A DNA stretch of 64,000 nucleotides from an uncultured Chloroflexia bacterium (GCA_963819655.1 CAWFXA010000003.1:320001-384000), one strand, 5' to 3'. Positions 37,501 to 47,723 are shown, numbered from the stretch's first letter. The notes: generated by a model not told the origin, from the letters alone. Numbers and translations: made by a program.

Positions 37501-38529
37501 CTACGCCACCAGCCGCCCGCTGGCCCGCAGTACGGCCAGCGCATCCACCGTGACCCATGGGTTTGAGCGCCGGGCGCTCGTACCGCCCCAGTCGACGTCG
37601 TCGTTGCCGAGCGCGACCGTCGTCGAATGCTTGTAGTAGCGGGCATCGGCCGGCCAGCCGCCGTCGGGCAGGCGCTTCGACTCGAGCAGATCGAGCGCGT
37701 CCGCGCAGCGCGGATCCCCGATCCGCCCGAGCTCGGCCATCGCCCTGAGGCCGGCGAGCACGTCGTAGTGCCAGTACAACGGGTAGTGGAGCTTCGCGAA
37801 CTCCCGATGGATAAGCCGGCCGGTCGATCGACGCTTGAACAGGTGACGCTCCAGGAAGACATCGACTGCCCGATTGGCCGCCTGTCCCGCCTCGACGTCA
37901 CCGATGTGTGCCGACCACGCGGCGAGCGCCCGCATCGGCGGCAGGGTCTCCATGAACGACGACGTGTCGGCCGTCGGGTCCCGGTCGCAGTTCCAGCCGC
38001 CGTCGGGCCACTGCCAGTGAAGCAGGCGCTCGACCAGGCGGGGCGCTCGATCGTCGACCAGGCCCAGCCGGATGACCGCAAGGAGGGCGTTGCCATGCTG
38101 CGACCCGTGCGCGCGGTACCGTCCGTCCATGAGCGGCATGGCTCGCACCTTGTACGCGTCGGCCTTCGTCGCGACCTCGACGTCGAGGAAGAACAGCGGG
38201 TCGAGCCAGGCGTCGACGACCCGATCGCGGAGCGGCTCGAGCGCCTGATCGCCGGCCGGATAGCCGAGATCGGCGAGGGCGTGGAGCACCCAATGGGCGC
38301 CCTGCCACTTCGCATAGGCCGGCGGCGCATGCTCGGCCGCGGCGCCGACATGCCGCTCGAGCAGTCGACGGACCCGCGGCGACTCGCGAACCTCGGTCTG
38401 GAGCGCCCGCATCGATGGCGACGCGGGTTCCTCGCCCAGGACGTTGACCCTCACCTTCCACCGGATCGACGGCTCCTCCGACGCGAGCAGGTCATCGATG
38501 ATCGCGGTGGGCGTGGTCGATGTGGTCAC
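37501..38529 (-). CDS. Conserved protein with prenyltransferase/squalene-cyclase-like repeats
   Basis: QWPDGGWNC and RLPDGGW repeats, YPLYWHYDVLAGL. Confidence 0.72.
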   Translation of the reverse strand: MTTSTTPTAIIDDLLASEEPSIRWKVRVNVLGEEPASPSMRALQTEVRESPRVRRLLERHVGAAAEHAPPAYAKWQGAHWVLHALADLGYPAGDQALEPLRDRVVDAWLDPLFFLDVEVATKADAYKVRAMPLMDGRYRAHGSQHGNALLAVIRLGLVDDRAPRLVERLLHWQWPDGGWNCDRDPTADTSSFMETLPPMRALAAWSAHIGDVEAGQAANRAVDVFLERHLFKRRSTGRLIHREFAKLHYPLYWHYDVLAGLRAMAELGRIGDPRCADALDLLESKRLPDGGWPADARYYKHSTTVALGNDDVDWGGTSARRSNPWVTVDALAVLRASGRLVA

Positions 38530-38593
38530 GTCGTCAGGGTACGTCGACGGCGAGTGTGCTGAGCCGTACCGTCATGCGCCGCAACAGCAGCGG

Positions 38594-38622
38594 TTGCCGA
38601 CCCCAACTGTGCTCGGTACCCT
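38594..38622 (+). promoter_or_regulatory. Sigma70 promoter of tRNA-Met
   Basis: TTGCCG-17 bp-TACCCT ending 10 bp before the tRNA. Confidence 0.55.
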
Positions 38623-38632
38623 TGCAAACCGT

Positions 38633-38707
38633 GGCGGAGTAGCTCAGTGGTAGAGCAGGGGACTCATAAGCCCTTGGTCGGTGGTTCGAATCCGCCCTCC
38701 GCTACCA
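38633..38707 (+). tRNA. tRNA-Met (CAT), probably elongator
   Basis: 75-nt cloverleaf GGCGGAG...CTCCGCT-A-CCA, anticodon loop CTCATAA, TTCGAAT T-loop; paired 1-72 argues against initiator. Confidence 0.93.
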
Positions 38708-38921
38708 CCTTGTTCAGCCATCGATCCCGTGCCCTTCGAAGCGCGTCAGGGTCGTTTCGATTTCTTGACATTTCCCACCGGCGCCATCCGCTCGCGTCGA
38801 CCGTCCGTAGGGATGATCGCGGGCATGACCTCGGTCAGGGGGTCCGACGAGGCCCCGACGGTATACTCGCGCCACGTGGCGGCGCTCGGTCGTCGCTTCT
38901 CTCACCCCCGGAGGCTCCCTT

Positions 38922-40829
38922 TTGAACCCGAAGTTCTTCCGGAACGGCATCGTGATGCTCGTGCTCGTGGTCGGCACGGCAGCGCTGCTGTTCACCTGGA
39001 TCACCACCACAGGTCAACCCACGAATACCGGCTATTCCGCGTTCCTGGCTGAGGTCAGTGAAGGCAAGATCGCCAAGGTCACCCAGCAGGGCACGACGCT
39101 GACCGTCGAACGCGAAGGTGATACGAAAACGACCTACACGGTCATCGTCCCCACGGTCCTCACCCAGGTCTTCCCCGACATGCTCGCGGCGGCCAAGACG
39201 AAAAACCTGACGTTGCCGGCCGACATCTTCCAGGCGACCCCCGCGCCGGACACGTCGTGGTTGGGCCTGCTGCTCACCGCCGTGCTGCCGTTGCTCATCA
39301 TCGGTGGCTTCATCTTCTTCATGATGAGACAGGCGCAAGGCACCAATAACCAGGCGCTCAGCTTCGGCAAGAGCCGGGCGCGCATGTTCCTGGGCAACAA
39401 GACGGTCGTCACGTTCGCCGACGTGGCCGGCGTGGACGAGGCCAAGACCGAGCTCCAGGAAGTCGTCGAATTCCTGAAGTTCCCCGAGAAATTCAACTCG
39501 CTCGGCGCGCGCATCCCGCGTGGCGTCCTGCTCGTCGGCCCTCCGGGCACCGGCAAGACGCTGATGGCCCGCGCGGTCGCCGGTGAGGCGGGCGTGCCGT
39601 TCTTCAGCATCTCGGGCTCCGAGTTCGTCGAGATGTTCGTCGGCGTCGGCGCGAGTCGCGTCCGCGACCTGTTCGACCAGGCCAAGCGCAACTCGCCGTG
39701 CATCGTCTTCGTCGACGAGATCGACGCGGTCGGGCGCCAGCGCGGCGCCGGCCTCGGCGGCAGTCACGACGAGCGCGAGCAGACGCTCAACCAGATCCTG
39801 GTCGAGATGGACGGCTTCGACACCAACACGAACGTGATCGTCGTCGCGGCCACCAACCGACCGGACGTGCTCGATCCAGCGCTGCTGCGCCCGGGTCGCT
39901 TCGACCGGCAGGTCATCCTCGATCGACCCGACATGCGCGGGCGGGTCGAGATCCTGCGCGTCCATACCAAGGGCAAGCCGCTCGACAAGGCCGTCGACGT
40001 CGAAGGCGTCGCGCGCCAGTCGCCCGGCTTCTCCGGTGCCGACCTCGCCAACCTCGTCAACGAGGCGGCGATCCTGTCGGCGCGACGGAACAAGAAGGTC
40101 ATCGGCATGTCCGAGTTCCAGGAGGCCCTGGAGCGGATCGTGGCCGGCCCGGAGCGCAAGTCGCGCATCATCTCCGACGCGGAGAAGGCGATCATCGCCT
40201 ACCACGAGGGTGGTCACGCGGTCGTCCAGCGGATCCTTCCGAAGTGCGACCCCGTCAGCAAGGTGACGATCATCAGCCGCGGTATGGCCCTCGGCTACAC
40301 GATGGCGTTGCCGCAGGAGGATCGCTACCTCCAGTCGAAGACCGAGTTCGAGGACAAGATCGCCGGGTTGCTCGGTGGCAACGTCGCCGAACGACTCATC
40401 TTCGGCGACACGACGACCGGTGCCAGCAACGACATCGAGAAGGCGACCGACCTCGCGCGGCGCATGGTCACCGAGTTCGGCATGAGCGACAAGCTCGGGC
40501 CGCTGTCCTTCGGGAAGCGGGACGAGCTGGTCTTCCTCGGCCGGGAGATCGGTGAGCAGCGCAACTACAGCGACGAGATCGCGAAGCAGATCGACGAAGA
40601 GGTCCGCGCGATCATCGACAAGGCATACGAGCGGGCGACCGACGTCCTGACGACCCACCGGGATCGACTCGTGGCGCTCGCCGAGAAGCTCGTGGCCGAA
40701 GAGACCGTCGATGCCGAGCAGTTCGAGACGTTGTTCACGGACCTGCCACCGAAGTCCACGGACAGTGGGGTCCCGTCGATCGTCGGCCCCGGGCAGCCGA
40801 TCCCGGAACCCAATCCCCAGCCGGCCTGA
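38922..40829 (+). CDS. ftsH: ATP-dependent zinc metalloprotease FtsH
   Basis: Two TM helices, [24 protein letters not shown]; GGAGG RBS with TTG start. Confidence 0.97.
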   Translation: MNPKFFRNGIVMLVLVVGTAALLFTWITTTGQPTNTGYSAFLAEVSEGKIAKVTQQGTTLTVEREGDTKTTYTVIVPTVLTQVFPDMLAAAKTKNLTLPADIFQATPAPDTSWLGLLLTAVLPLLIIGGFIFFMMRQAQGTNNQALSFGKSRARMFLGNKTVVTFADVAGVDEAKTELQEVVEFLKFPEKFNSLGARIPRGVLLVGPPGTGKTLMARAVAGEAGVPFFSISGSEFVEMFVGVGASRVRDLFDQAKRNSPCIVFVDEIDAVGRQRGAGLGGSHDEREQTLNQILVEMDGFDTNTNVIVVAATNRPDVLDPALLRPGRFDRQVILDRPDMRGRVEILRVHTKGKPLDKAVDVEGVARQSPGFSGADLANLVNEAAILSARRNKKVIGMSEFQEALERIVAGPERKSRIISDAEKAIIAYHEGGHAVVQRILPKCDPVSKVTIISRGMALGYTMALPQEDRYLQSKTEFEDKIAGLLGGNVAERLIFGDTTTGASNDIEKATDLARRMVTEFGMSDKLGPLSFGKRDELVFLGREIGEQRNYSDEIAKQIDEEVRAIIDKAYERATDVLTTHRDRLVALAEKLVAEETVDAEQFETLFTDLPPKSTDSGVPSIVGPGQPIPEPNPQPA

Positions 40830-40855
40830 TCCGGCGCTCCTCTCGAGATCCCGAC

Positions 40856-40885
40856 ACGAGCGGGCCGGTTCGCTGGCCCGCTCGT
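40856..40885 (+). terminator. Terminator-like hairpin after ftsH
   Basis: ACGAGCGGGCCGG-TTCG-CTGGCCCGCTCGT 13-bp stem. Confidence 0.6.
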
Positions 40886-40938
40886 TCGATTCCGGGGGCA
40901 CGGCAGCGGCCTCGGGTGCCCGCCGATAGACTCCCGCC

Positions 40939-42363
40939 ATGTCCGACCGAGCCACGACCACACCCGCGCTCGAGGATCATCTCGACGCGACGCACGACAT
41001 GCGGCTCGCCAGTCTCCAGGATTTCCTGCGGATCCCGAGCATCTCGGCGCTGCCGGAGCACGCCGCCGACGCCCGGCGCGCGGCCGATTGGCTGGCCGAT
41101 GCCCTCCGCGCGGCAGGCGTCGAGACTGTCGAGGTCACCGAGACCAACGGCCATCCCGTCGTCTACGGCGACTGGCTCCACGCCGAGGGCGCGCCGACCG
41201 TGATCGTCTACGGCCATTACGACGTCCAGCCGGTCGACCCGCTCGACGAGTGGACCAGCCCGCCGTTCGAGCCGGTCGTCGATGGCGACCGGATCCTGGC
41301 CCGCGGCGCCGCCGACGACAAGGGGCAGATCCACGCGCACGTCGTCGCCGCCACGGCACTCCTCGCGACGCGCGGTCGGTTCCCGATCAACATCAAGTAC
41401 GTCTTCGAAGGGGACGAGGAGAGTTCGAGCGAGCCGCTCGAAGGATGGCTGACAGCCAACCGGCACCGCCTCGGGGCCGACGCCGCGATCATCAGCGACA
41501 CGGGCTTCTTCGACGGCAACGTCCCGGCGATCACGGTCGGCCTGCGGGGGCTGATGTACGCGCAGATCGACGTCGAGCTGTCGCCGGTCGACCTCCACTC
41601 GGGCAGCTACGGGGGCGCCGTCAACAACCCAGCGAATGCGCTCGCCCAGATCATCGCGGCACTCAAGGGCCCCGACGGTCGAATCCGCATCCCCGGCTTC
41701 TACGACGACGTGCTCGAGCTGACCGACCTGGAACGAGCCGCGATGGCCGAACTGCCGTTCGACGAGGAGGCCTACCGAGCGGCAGTCGGTGTCCCGGCGC
41801 TCGTCGGCGAGGCGGGTTACACGACCCTCGAGCGCAAGGCCACCCGCCCGACGCTTGACGTCAACGGGATCTGGGGCGGCTTCCAGGGCGAGGGTTCGAA
41901 AACGATCATCCCGGCACGGGCGCACGCCAAGGTCAGCACCCGGCTGGTGGCGCGCCAGGACCCCCACGACGTGTTCGAGAAGCTGCGGGACTTCGTCATG
42001 GAGATCGCCCCGCCGGGCGTCGCGGCCAGCGTTCACCTGATCGGGACCGGTCGACCGACCGTCACGCCGATCGACCATCCCATCACGCGGGCCGCCGCCC
42101 GTGGGTTGGAAGCCGCGTTCGGGAGAGCGCCCGTCTACCGCCGCGAAGGCGGTTCGATCCCCGTGGCGGCGACGTTCGAGTCGGTGCTGGGGTTGCCGGT
42201 GGTGCTGGAAGGTTTCACCCAACCCCATGAGCGGGCGCACGCTCCGAACGAGTGGCTCGATCTCGGCAACTACGAGAAGGCGATCCGGGCCATCGTCGCG
42301 ACCTTTGACCAGATCGCCGCGCTCGAACGTACGGGAGGGGACTGGCGCAGTACGGATGGGTGA
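40939..42363 (+). CDS. M20/M25/M40 family dipeptidase
   Basis: YGHYDVQP, RGAADDKG, EGDEE, DLHSG, AHAPNE. Confidence 0.92.
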   Translation: MSDRATTTPALEDHLDATHDMRLASLQDFLRIPSISALPEHAADARRAADWLADALRAAGVETVEVTETNGHPVVYGDWLHAEGAPTVIVYGHYDVQPVDPLDEWTSPPFEPVVDGDRILARGAADDKGQIHAHVVAATALLATRGRFPINIKYVFEGDEESSSEPLEGWLTANRHRLGADAAIISDTGFFDGNVPAITVGLRGLMYAQIDVELSPVDLHSGSYGGAVNNPANALAQIIAALKGPDGRIRIPGFYDDVLELTDLERAAMAELPFDEEAYRAAVGVPALVGEAGYTTLERKATRPTLDVNGIWGGFQGEGSKTIIPARAHAKVSTRLVARQDPHDVFEKLRDFVMEIAPPGVAASVHLIGTGRPTVTPIDHPITRAAARGLEAAFGRAPVYRREGGSIPVAATFESVLGLPVVLEGFTQPHERAHAPNEWLDLGNYEKAIRAIVATFDQIAALERTGGDWRSTDG

Positions 42364-42441
42364 TACGGGATTCGGCCGGTGCTACCCTAATCTCGCCGCA
42401 TGAGCGCCAAGAGCGCCGGCCTCCGGGGAGGATCCGACCGC

Positions 42442-43527
42442 GTGAGCACCGATCTCGAAGCCAACGTCGTCCAGGCGCCTGCTGCGCGGGACTGGCGACT
42501 CGACACTGCCAACGGGAGCATGGCTCCGAGGTCCGCGCTGGACGTCCTCGTCGATCTCAACGAGCGGGTCACGACCGGTCATCTCGCTGAGTATCAGCCC
42601 GTCCCGCTCGGCTTCACGCCTCTCGACAAGACGATCGGCTCCGGCCTGCGTGCCGGGGAGCTGATGCTGATCGGCGGCGCCCAGGGCACCGGCAAGACCA
42701 CGATGGCCCTGCAGATGGCGCGCAATATCGCCTCGGGCGGTCAGGCCAACGTCCTGTACCTGTGCTTCGAGCACGACGAGGCGTACCTGATGAACCGGCT
42801 CATCGCGATGGAGTCGGCCCTGGCGCACCTCCCGCACAAGACCGGCGCCATCAAGATCCAGGATGTCCGCAAGGAGATCCTCGGGACCTGGATGGCCGAG
42901 GGTGCGGCGACCCCCCAGCTCGCCAACAACCCGCGGCTTCGCCCGTCACTCGACCGCATCGCACGCTACGGCCAGAACCTGTTCCTGCTGCGCGGCTCGC
43001 AGACCGCCAGCACGATCGACAACATCCGCAAGCTCGTCGAACAGCATCGCGCGTTGTCCGGCGAACGGCGCCTGGTCGTGTTCGTCGACTACATGCAGAA
43101 GGTGCCGCAGATCCCCGAGCCCGAGAACGAATCCGAGAAGGTCACGTTCATCGTCAACGGCCTCAAGGACATCGCACTGTCCGAGGACGTGCCGATGGTC
43201 GCGATCGTCGCCGCCGACAAGGAAGGCCTCAAGGCGTCGCGCCTCCGCAACTTCCACCTGCGCGGCTCGTCGGCCATCAACTACGAGGCCGACATCATCC
43301 TGATCCTCAACGAGAAGTACCACATCGTCGCCAAGGTCAACATCGAGTTCAACCCGTACCAGGCGCAGCGGTTCCGCGACTGGGTGGTGGCCTCGGTCGA
43401 GAAGAACCGCGGCGGTCAGGACAACGTCGACCTCGAGTTCGAGAAGCACTTCGAGTTCTCCTGCTTCGACCCGAACGGCCGGACAGTGCAGGAAAAACTG
43501 ATCGAGGAACGCCTCTACAACGACTGA
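42442..43527 (+). CDS. DnaB-like helicase C-terminal domain (RecA-fold ATPase) protein
   Basis: GAQGTGKTT, FVDYMQ, LRGSSAINYEAD, EKNRGG; GTG 42442 has GGAGG RBS (alternative ATG 42400). Confidence 0.8.
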   Translation: MSTDLEANVVQAPAARDWRLDTANGSMAPRSALDVLVDLNERVTTGHLAEYQPVPLGFTPLDKTIGSGLRAGELMLIGGAQGTGKTTMALQMARNIASGGQANVLYLCFEHDEAYLMNRLIAMESALAHLPHKTGAIKIQDVRKEILGTWMAEGAATPQLANNPRLRPSLDRIARYGQNLFLLRGSQTASTIDNIRKLVEQHRALSGERRLVVFVDYMQKVPQIPEPENESEKVTFIVNGLKDIALSEDVPMVAIVAADKEGLKASRLRNFHLRGSSAINYEADIILILNEKYHIVAKVNIEFNPYQAQRFRDWVVASVEKNRGGQDNVDLEFEKHFEFSCFDPNGRTVQEKLIEERLYND

Positions 43528-43604
43528 CCTCTCCGAGGCCCGAGGCGGAGCTCCGCGACGCCATCGGCCCGAGGATTCGAGGAACGTCTCTCTACAACGA
43601 CTAG
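43502..43604 (+). repeat. Direct duplication of the last 26 bp of the DnaB-like gene
   Basis: TCGAGGAACGCCTCTACAACGACTGA (43502) versus TCGAGGAACGTCTCTCTACAACGACTAG (43577). Confidence 0.8.
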
Positions 43605-43665
43605 GGTCGGTGGCTGGCTGAAGCGCCCGAGGCAACCCGGCGGCACACGCCTCGGCGGAGAGTCG

Positions 43666-43945
43666 TCTTGCCAAGTCATGATCGCGACGAGGTCGCCGAG
43701 TCCACCTGACTGGCCAGGCGAAGGGGTCTGACTTTTCGTGCCATATCGCCACTGGGTGACGCTTCGGCGAGATAGGCGAGCGCATCTGGCAAGGCCCCGG
43801 CCATCGCGGCTGGAGGTTCGTGCGGGTCCGACGCCCCCCTCGGCCAAGCCCCGGCCCGATCGCGCCGGATTCGGCCACCGATCGTGCCCAAGCGTCATGG
43901 GGTGACGATTTGGCAGGAAAGCGACGGGTGACGATCTGGCAGGAA
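43666..43945. repeat. Cluster of ~20-bp REP-like repeats in both orientations
   Basis: GGGTGACGATYTGGCAGGAA at 43900 and 43926; inverted degenerate copies at 43666 and 43734. Confidence 0.65.
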
Positions 43946-44008
43946 GAGACTGGCGAACGGGTCGACGAGCCCGCTGCTTGGCCGCGGACACACCCGTACA
44001 CTCCACCC

Positions 44009-44536
44009 ATGCGCAGCCCCGGCGAGTACCCCGATGTCGTCGAGATCGTGGTCGAGATCCCCCGCGGATCGCGCAACAAGTACGAGTACGACGAGGCCGC
44101 CCGCGTCTTCCGGCTCGATCGCGTCCTGAGCAGCGCGGTCTTCTACAACTTCGACTACGGCTTCATCGAGGACACACGCGCCGGTGACGGCGATCACACC
44201 GACGCGCTCCTCGTCATCGATGAGCCGACGTTCACCGGCTGCCACGTGTGGGCCCGCCCGATCGGCGGGCTCGAGATGCGCGACGAGAAGGGTTTCGACT
44301 TCAAGGTGCTGTGCGTTGCGCTGGGCGACGCGCATCAGCAGCACATCGAACGGCTCGAGCAGGTCCGCCCGCACCGCCTCGTCGAGATCGAGCATTTCTT
44401 CCAGACCTACAAGGCGCTCGAGGACAAGGCGGTCGACGTCGTCGGCTGGCGCGACCACGACGCCGCGCTCCAAGTGCTCCGCGACGACCGCACCGCGTGG
44501 CTGCGCGAGCGCGAGGCGTTGGCCGGAGCGCCTTGA
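44009..44536 (+). CDS. ppa: Inorganic pyrophosphatase (family I)
   Basis: EIPRGSRNKYE, YGFIEDT, DGDHTD, HFFQTYK. Confidence 0.92.
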   Translation: MRSPGEYPDVVEIVVEIPRGSRNKYEYDEAARVFRLDRVLSSAVFYNFDYGFIEDTRAGDGDHTDALLVIDEPTFTGCHVWARPIGGLEMRDEKGFDFKVLCVALGDAHQQHIERLEQVRPHRLVEIEHFFQTYKALEDKAVDVVGWRDHDAALQVLRDDRTAWLREREALAGAP

Positions 44537-45162
44537 CGGACCGGCCGGGGAGGCGCTTCGGGGACCCCCACGCCGGCGTGCCGGGGCGACGTCTCTTCGT
44601 CGGGGTGCCGCTCCCCGACGACGCCGCCGCGGTCATCCGGGAGGTGGTGGACGAGGTCCGGGCGATGCCGTTGCCCGACGGCGCCCGTGACGTCCGTTGG
44701 GTCCGACTCGATGGGTTGCACCTCACGCTCCGCTTCCTCGGGCCGACCCCTGAGACGCTCGAGGCCCCGTCCGTGGCAGCCGTCGAGACCGTAGCGAGGG
44801 ACGCGGCCGGCGCGATCCAGATCGAGCTCGCCGGCAGCGGCACCTTCCCGCCAGGTCGCCGGCCTCGCACGCTGTGGATCGGCGTCAGCGACGGGGTCGA
44901 CGCCTTGTCCGAGCTTGCCGCGGCCACCGACGCAGCCCTCGTCGAGGCGGGCTGGCAGCCCGACAGCCGTCCGTTCCGACCGCACCTGACACTGGCTCGA
45001 TCTGACGGCGTCGCAGCGGGTCGGATGGTTGCTGACCGTCTGGCCGCGGCCATGGCGGATCGAAGGATTCGCGCGACGATCGACCAGGTCGGATTGTTCG
45101 AAAGCGTCACTGGCGGAGGCCCGGCCCGCTACGTGCCCGTCACGATAAGGAACTTCGCCTAG
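44533..45162 (+). CDS. thpR: RNA 2',3'-cyclic phosphodiesterase
   Basis: RLFVG, HLTLRFLG and PHLTLAR 2H motifs; TTGA overlap with ppa. Confidence 0.88.
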   Translation: MTDRPGRRFGDPHAGVPGRRLFVGVPLPDDAAAVIREVVDEVRAMPLPDGARDVRWVRLDGLHLTLRFLGPTPETLEAPSVAAVETVARDAAGAIQIELAGSGTFPPGRRPRTLWIGVSDGVDALSELAAATDAALVEAGWQPDSRPFRPHLTLARSDGVAAGRMVADRLAAAMADRRIRATIDQVGLFESVTGGGPARYVPVTIRNFA

Positions 45163-45243
45163 GGCAAGGATCGGACCTTCACGTGTACCATCTGATCGCC
45201 CCGGACCCGTCCTGATCGGGTCGACAGGAGTCCCCCCATCGCC

Positions 45244-45954
45244 GTGACCACCGCTCAGCGCGCCCGCCTCGTCCTGAGCCTCGGTGTCCTGAACCTCGTT
45301 CTCGCGACGATCGCCATCGGCATCGGTGGAGTAGGACTCCAGCAGCGGGCCGAAGGGTCAGGGCAGCCCCTGGTTGCCGTCGTAACGACGCCGACGCCTG
45401 GCTCGACGAGCGTCGCGACGCCCAGCCAGGGACCCGGCTCGACGGGCCAGCCGGGCTCCGGCCAGCCGGGTACCGGTCAGCCGATCCCGTCACCCGCCGG
45501 CGCAGTGTCGCCATCCCCGAACGTCGTCCCGGCCGCGTCGCAAGGCCCGACCGTCGGACAAGGGCCAGCCGCGCCACCGACGGACGCGCCGACGGGGCCG
45601 ACCGCAGCGCCGACCGCCGATCCGACGCCGGCCCCGATCCCTGCCAGGACACCGACCCCGACCGCGCGGCCGACGCCGCGCCCCACGCCGAAGGCGACAC
45701 CCAAGCCCACCCCGAAGCCGATCGTCTCGACGCCGAACCCGCCGGCGGTGGCCAAGGTACGGCCGCCATGCCCGACCGAAGGCGGGCCTCCACCCGGGCA
45801 TTCCAAGACTGCCGACCCGCACAAACCGTGCAAGGACAAGAGCAACGGGAACGGCTCCAACAGCGCCTTCTTCCTCGTCCTGCCCCTGTTGGCGACGGGC
45901 ACGGCGTATGTCGTCCGACCCGAGCGGTTGCGTCCCCGGCGGCGCGCGCGCTAG
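45244..45954 (+). CDS. Pro/Thr-rich membrane-anchored hypothetical protein
   Basis: AGGAG RBS; N-terminal TM, PT/PK repeats, C-terminal hydrophobic segment with Arg-rich tail. Confidence 0.65.
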   Translation: MTTAQRARLVLSLGVLNLVLATIAIGIGGVGLQQRAEGSGQPLVAVVTTPTPGSTSVATPSQGPGSTGQPGSGQPGTGQPIPSPAGAVSPSPNVVPAASQGPTVGQGPAAPPTDAPTGPTAAPTADPTPAPIPARTPTPTARPTPRPTPKATPKPTPKPIVSTPNPPAVAKVRPPCPTEGGPPPGHSKTADPHKPCKDKSNGNGSNSAFFLVLPLLATGTAYVVRPERLRPRRRAR

Positions 45955-46007
45955 GCTCGCCCTCCCGACCGCAGGCGTACCGGCGGCAGGCGCGACTGGA
46001 GGCTTGG

Positions 46008-47381
46008 ATGGCGCCCTCGGATCCCCGTCAGACGAAGTTCGTGCTCGATGAGAGCCGGATCCCGCGGTCCTGGTACAACATCGCGGCGGACCTCCCGGTC
46101 CCGCCCTTCCCGTACCTCCACCCGGCCACGTTCGAGCCGATCGGTCCCGCCGACCTTGCGCCGCTCTTCCCGATGGCTCTCATCGGCCAGGAGGTCTCGC
46201 AGGAGCGCGAGATCGAGATCCCTGAGCCCGTCCGGGACGCCTACCGCCTGTACCGGCCGAGCCCGCTGTACCGCGCCCATCGACTCGAGCGCACGCTCGA
46301 TACGCCGGCGCACATCTATTACAAGTACGAGGGCGTCAGTCCGGCCGGCAGCCACAAGCCCAACACCGCGATCCCGCAGGCGTTCTACAACAAGGAAGAG
46401 GGCGTCGCGCGCATCGCTACCGAGACCGGGGCCGGCCAATGGGGCAGCGCGATGGCATTCGCCGGCGCGCTGTTCGGCCTCGAGGTCAAGGTCTACATGG
46501 TCCGCGCGAGCTATGACCAGAAGCCCTACCGCCGGATCCTGATGGAGACCTACGGCGCCGAGGTCGTCGCAAGCCCGTCGCTGACGACGAACTACGGTCG
46601 CTCGGTCCTCTCGGAGGATCCCGATAGCCCGGGATCGCTCGGCATGGCCATCAGCGAGGCGGTCGAGGACGCGGCGACCCGCGACGACACGAAGTACGCG
46701 CTCGGATCGGTCCTCAATCACGTGCTCCTGCACCAGACCGTCATCGGCCAGGAGGCGATCGAGCAGATGGGCATGGCCGGCGAATCGCCGGACGTCATCA
46801 TCGGCTGCACCGGCGGCGGCTCGAATTTCGCGGGGCTGACTTTCCCCTTCCTTGGGCGGAACCTGCGCGAGGGCGCCTCGCACCGGATCATCGCCGTCGA
46901 GCCCGAGGCCGCCCCGAGTCTCACCCGGGGTGTCTACACCTACGACTTCGGCGATACCGCCAAGATGGCACCGGTGGCGAAGATGTTCACCCTCGGGCAC
47001 GACTTCATCCCGGAGCCCATCCACGCCGGCGGCCTGCGCTACCACGGCATGTCGCCGCTCGTAAGCCTCCTCAAGGAGCACGGCGATATCGAGGCGCGCA
47101 GCGTCCACCAGCGCTCGAGCTTCGAGGCGGGAGTCACGTTCGCCCGGACGGAGGGCATCCTGCCGGCGCCCGAACCGACCCACGCCATCCGCGTCGCCAT
47201 CGACGAGGCGCTCGCAGCCAAGGAGGCCGGCGAGGCCCGGGTCATCCTATTCAACCTGTGCGGGCACGGTCATTTCGATCTTGCCGCGTACGAGCGCTAC
47301 CTCGATGGGACGCTCGAGGACTATGAGTATCCACGCGAGAAGGTCGAGGCGGCGCTCGCAGCGCTGCCCGCCATCGGCTGA
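46008..47381 (+). CDS. trpB2: TrpB2-type tryptophan synthase beta-like PLP enzyme
   Basis: [31 protein letters not shown]; GGAGG RBS. Confidence 0.93.
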   Translation: MAPSDPRQTKFVLDESRIPRSWYNIAADLPVPPFPYLHPATFEPIGPADLAPLFPMALIGQEVSQEREIEIPEPVRDAYRLYRPSPLYRAHRLERTLDTPAHIYYKYEGVSPAGSHKPNTAIPQAFYNKEEGVARIATETGAGQWGSAMAFAGALFGLEVKVYMVRASYDQKPYRRILMETYGAEVVASPSLTTNYGRSVLSEDPDSPGSLGMAISEAVEDAATRDDTKYALGSVLNHVLLHQTVIGQEAIEQMGMAGESPDVIIGCTGGGSNFAGLTFPFLGRNLREGASHRIIAVEPEAAPSLTRGVYTYDFGDTAKMAPVAKMFTLGHDFIPEPIHAGGLRYHGMSPLVSLLKEHGDIEARSVHQRSSFEAGVTFARTEGILPAPEPTHAIRVAIDEALAAKEAGEARVILFNLCGHGHFDLAAYERYLDGTLEDYEYPREKVEAALAALPAIG

Positions 47382-47404
47382 TCGCCCAGGGGGTCATCGG
47401 AACC

Positions 47405-47650
47405 GTGCCGCGTCTCGCTTGTTGGTCATGTGGCCGCCAGATCTATACGGTGTCGCCGCTCGAGTCGCTGTTCGCCGAAGAGCGGCGCTGCCCACGGTGC
47501 GGGGCGTACATGAACATCGAGCGGCGCGAGCGCGAACGGCGTGAGCAGCTTCGGCGGATGAACCCGCCCGATGACCCCGGCCCCCCGTCGGACGACGGGG
47601 AGCGCCGTACGACCGATCGTCGGGTCCGCCGCCGGCGCGCCTCCAGCTGA
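47405..47650 (+). CDS. Small Zn-ribbon, Arg-rich hypothetical protein
   Basis: CWSC...CPRC followed by ERR/DRR repeats; fills the trpB2-tyrA gap. Confidence 0.65.
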   Translation: MPRLACWSCGRQIYTVSPLESLFAEERRCPRCGAYMNIERRERERREQLRRMNPPDDPGPPSDDGERRTTDRRVRRRRASS

Positions 47651-47723
47651 CGGACTGGCATCGGACGGATCGCGCCGCCCGAGAACGGGGCGCCGGCACG
47701 GGCCGGCTGCGATACTCGGGTCC

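Noticed and set aside
38633-38707. A-G mismatch at the base of the tRNA anticodon stem; tRNA as an integration site
   Set aside because: The rest of the cloverleaf and CCA are intact, and I recall the same arm in other bacterial elongator tRNA-Met genes; no duplicated tRNA 3' end or integrase seen
38835-40961. Long antisense ORFs opposite ftsH, topA (56135-59329) and mrfA (30714-32720)
   Set aside because: Shadow ORFs caused by codon bias; no domain motifs
43502-43950. Possible CRISPR array or DGR template/variable repeat
   Set aside because: Too few repeats, irregular spacing and mixed orientation; no cas or reverse transcriptase gene; differences are not adenine-specific
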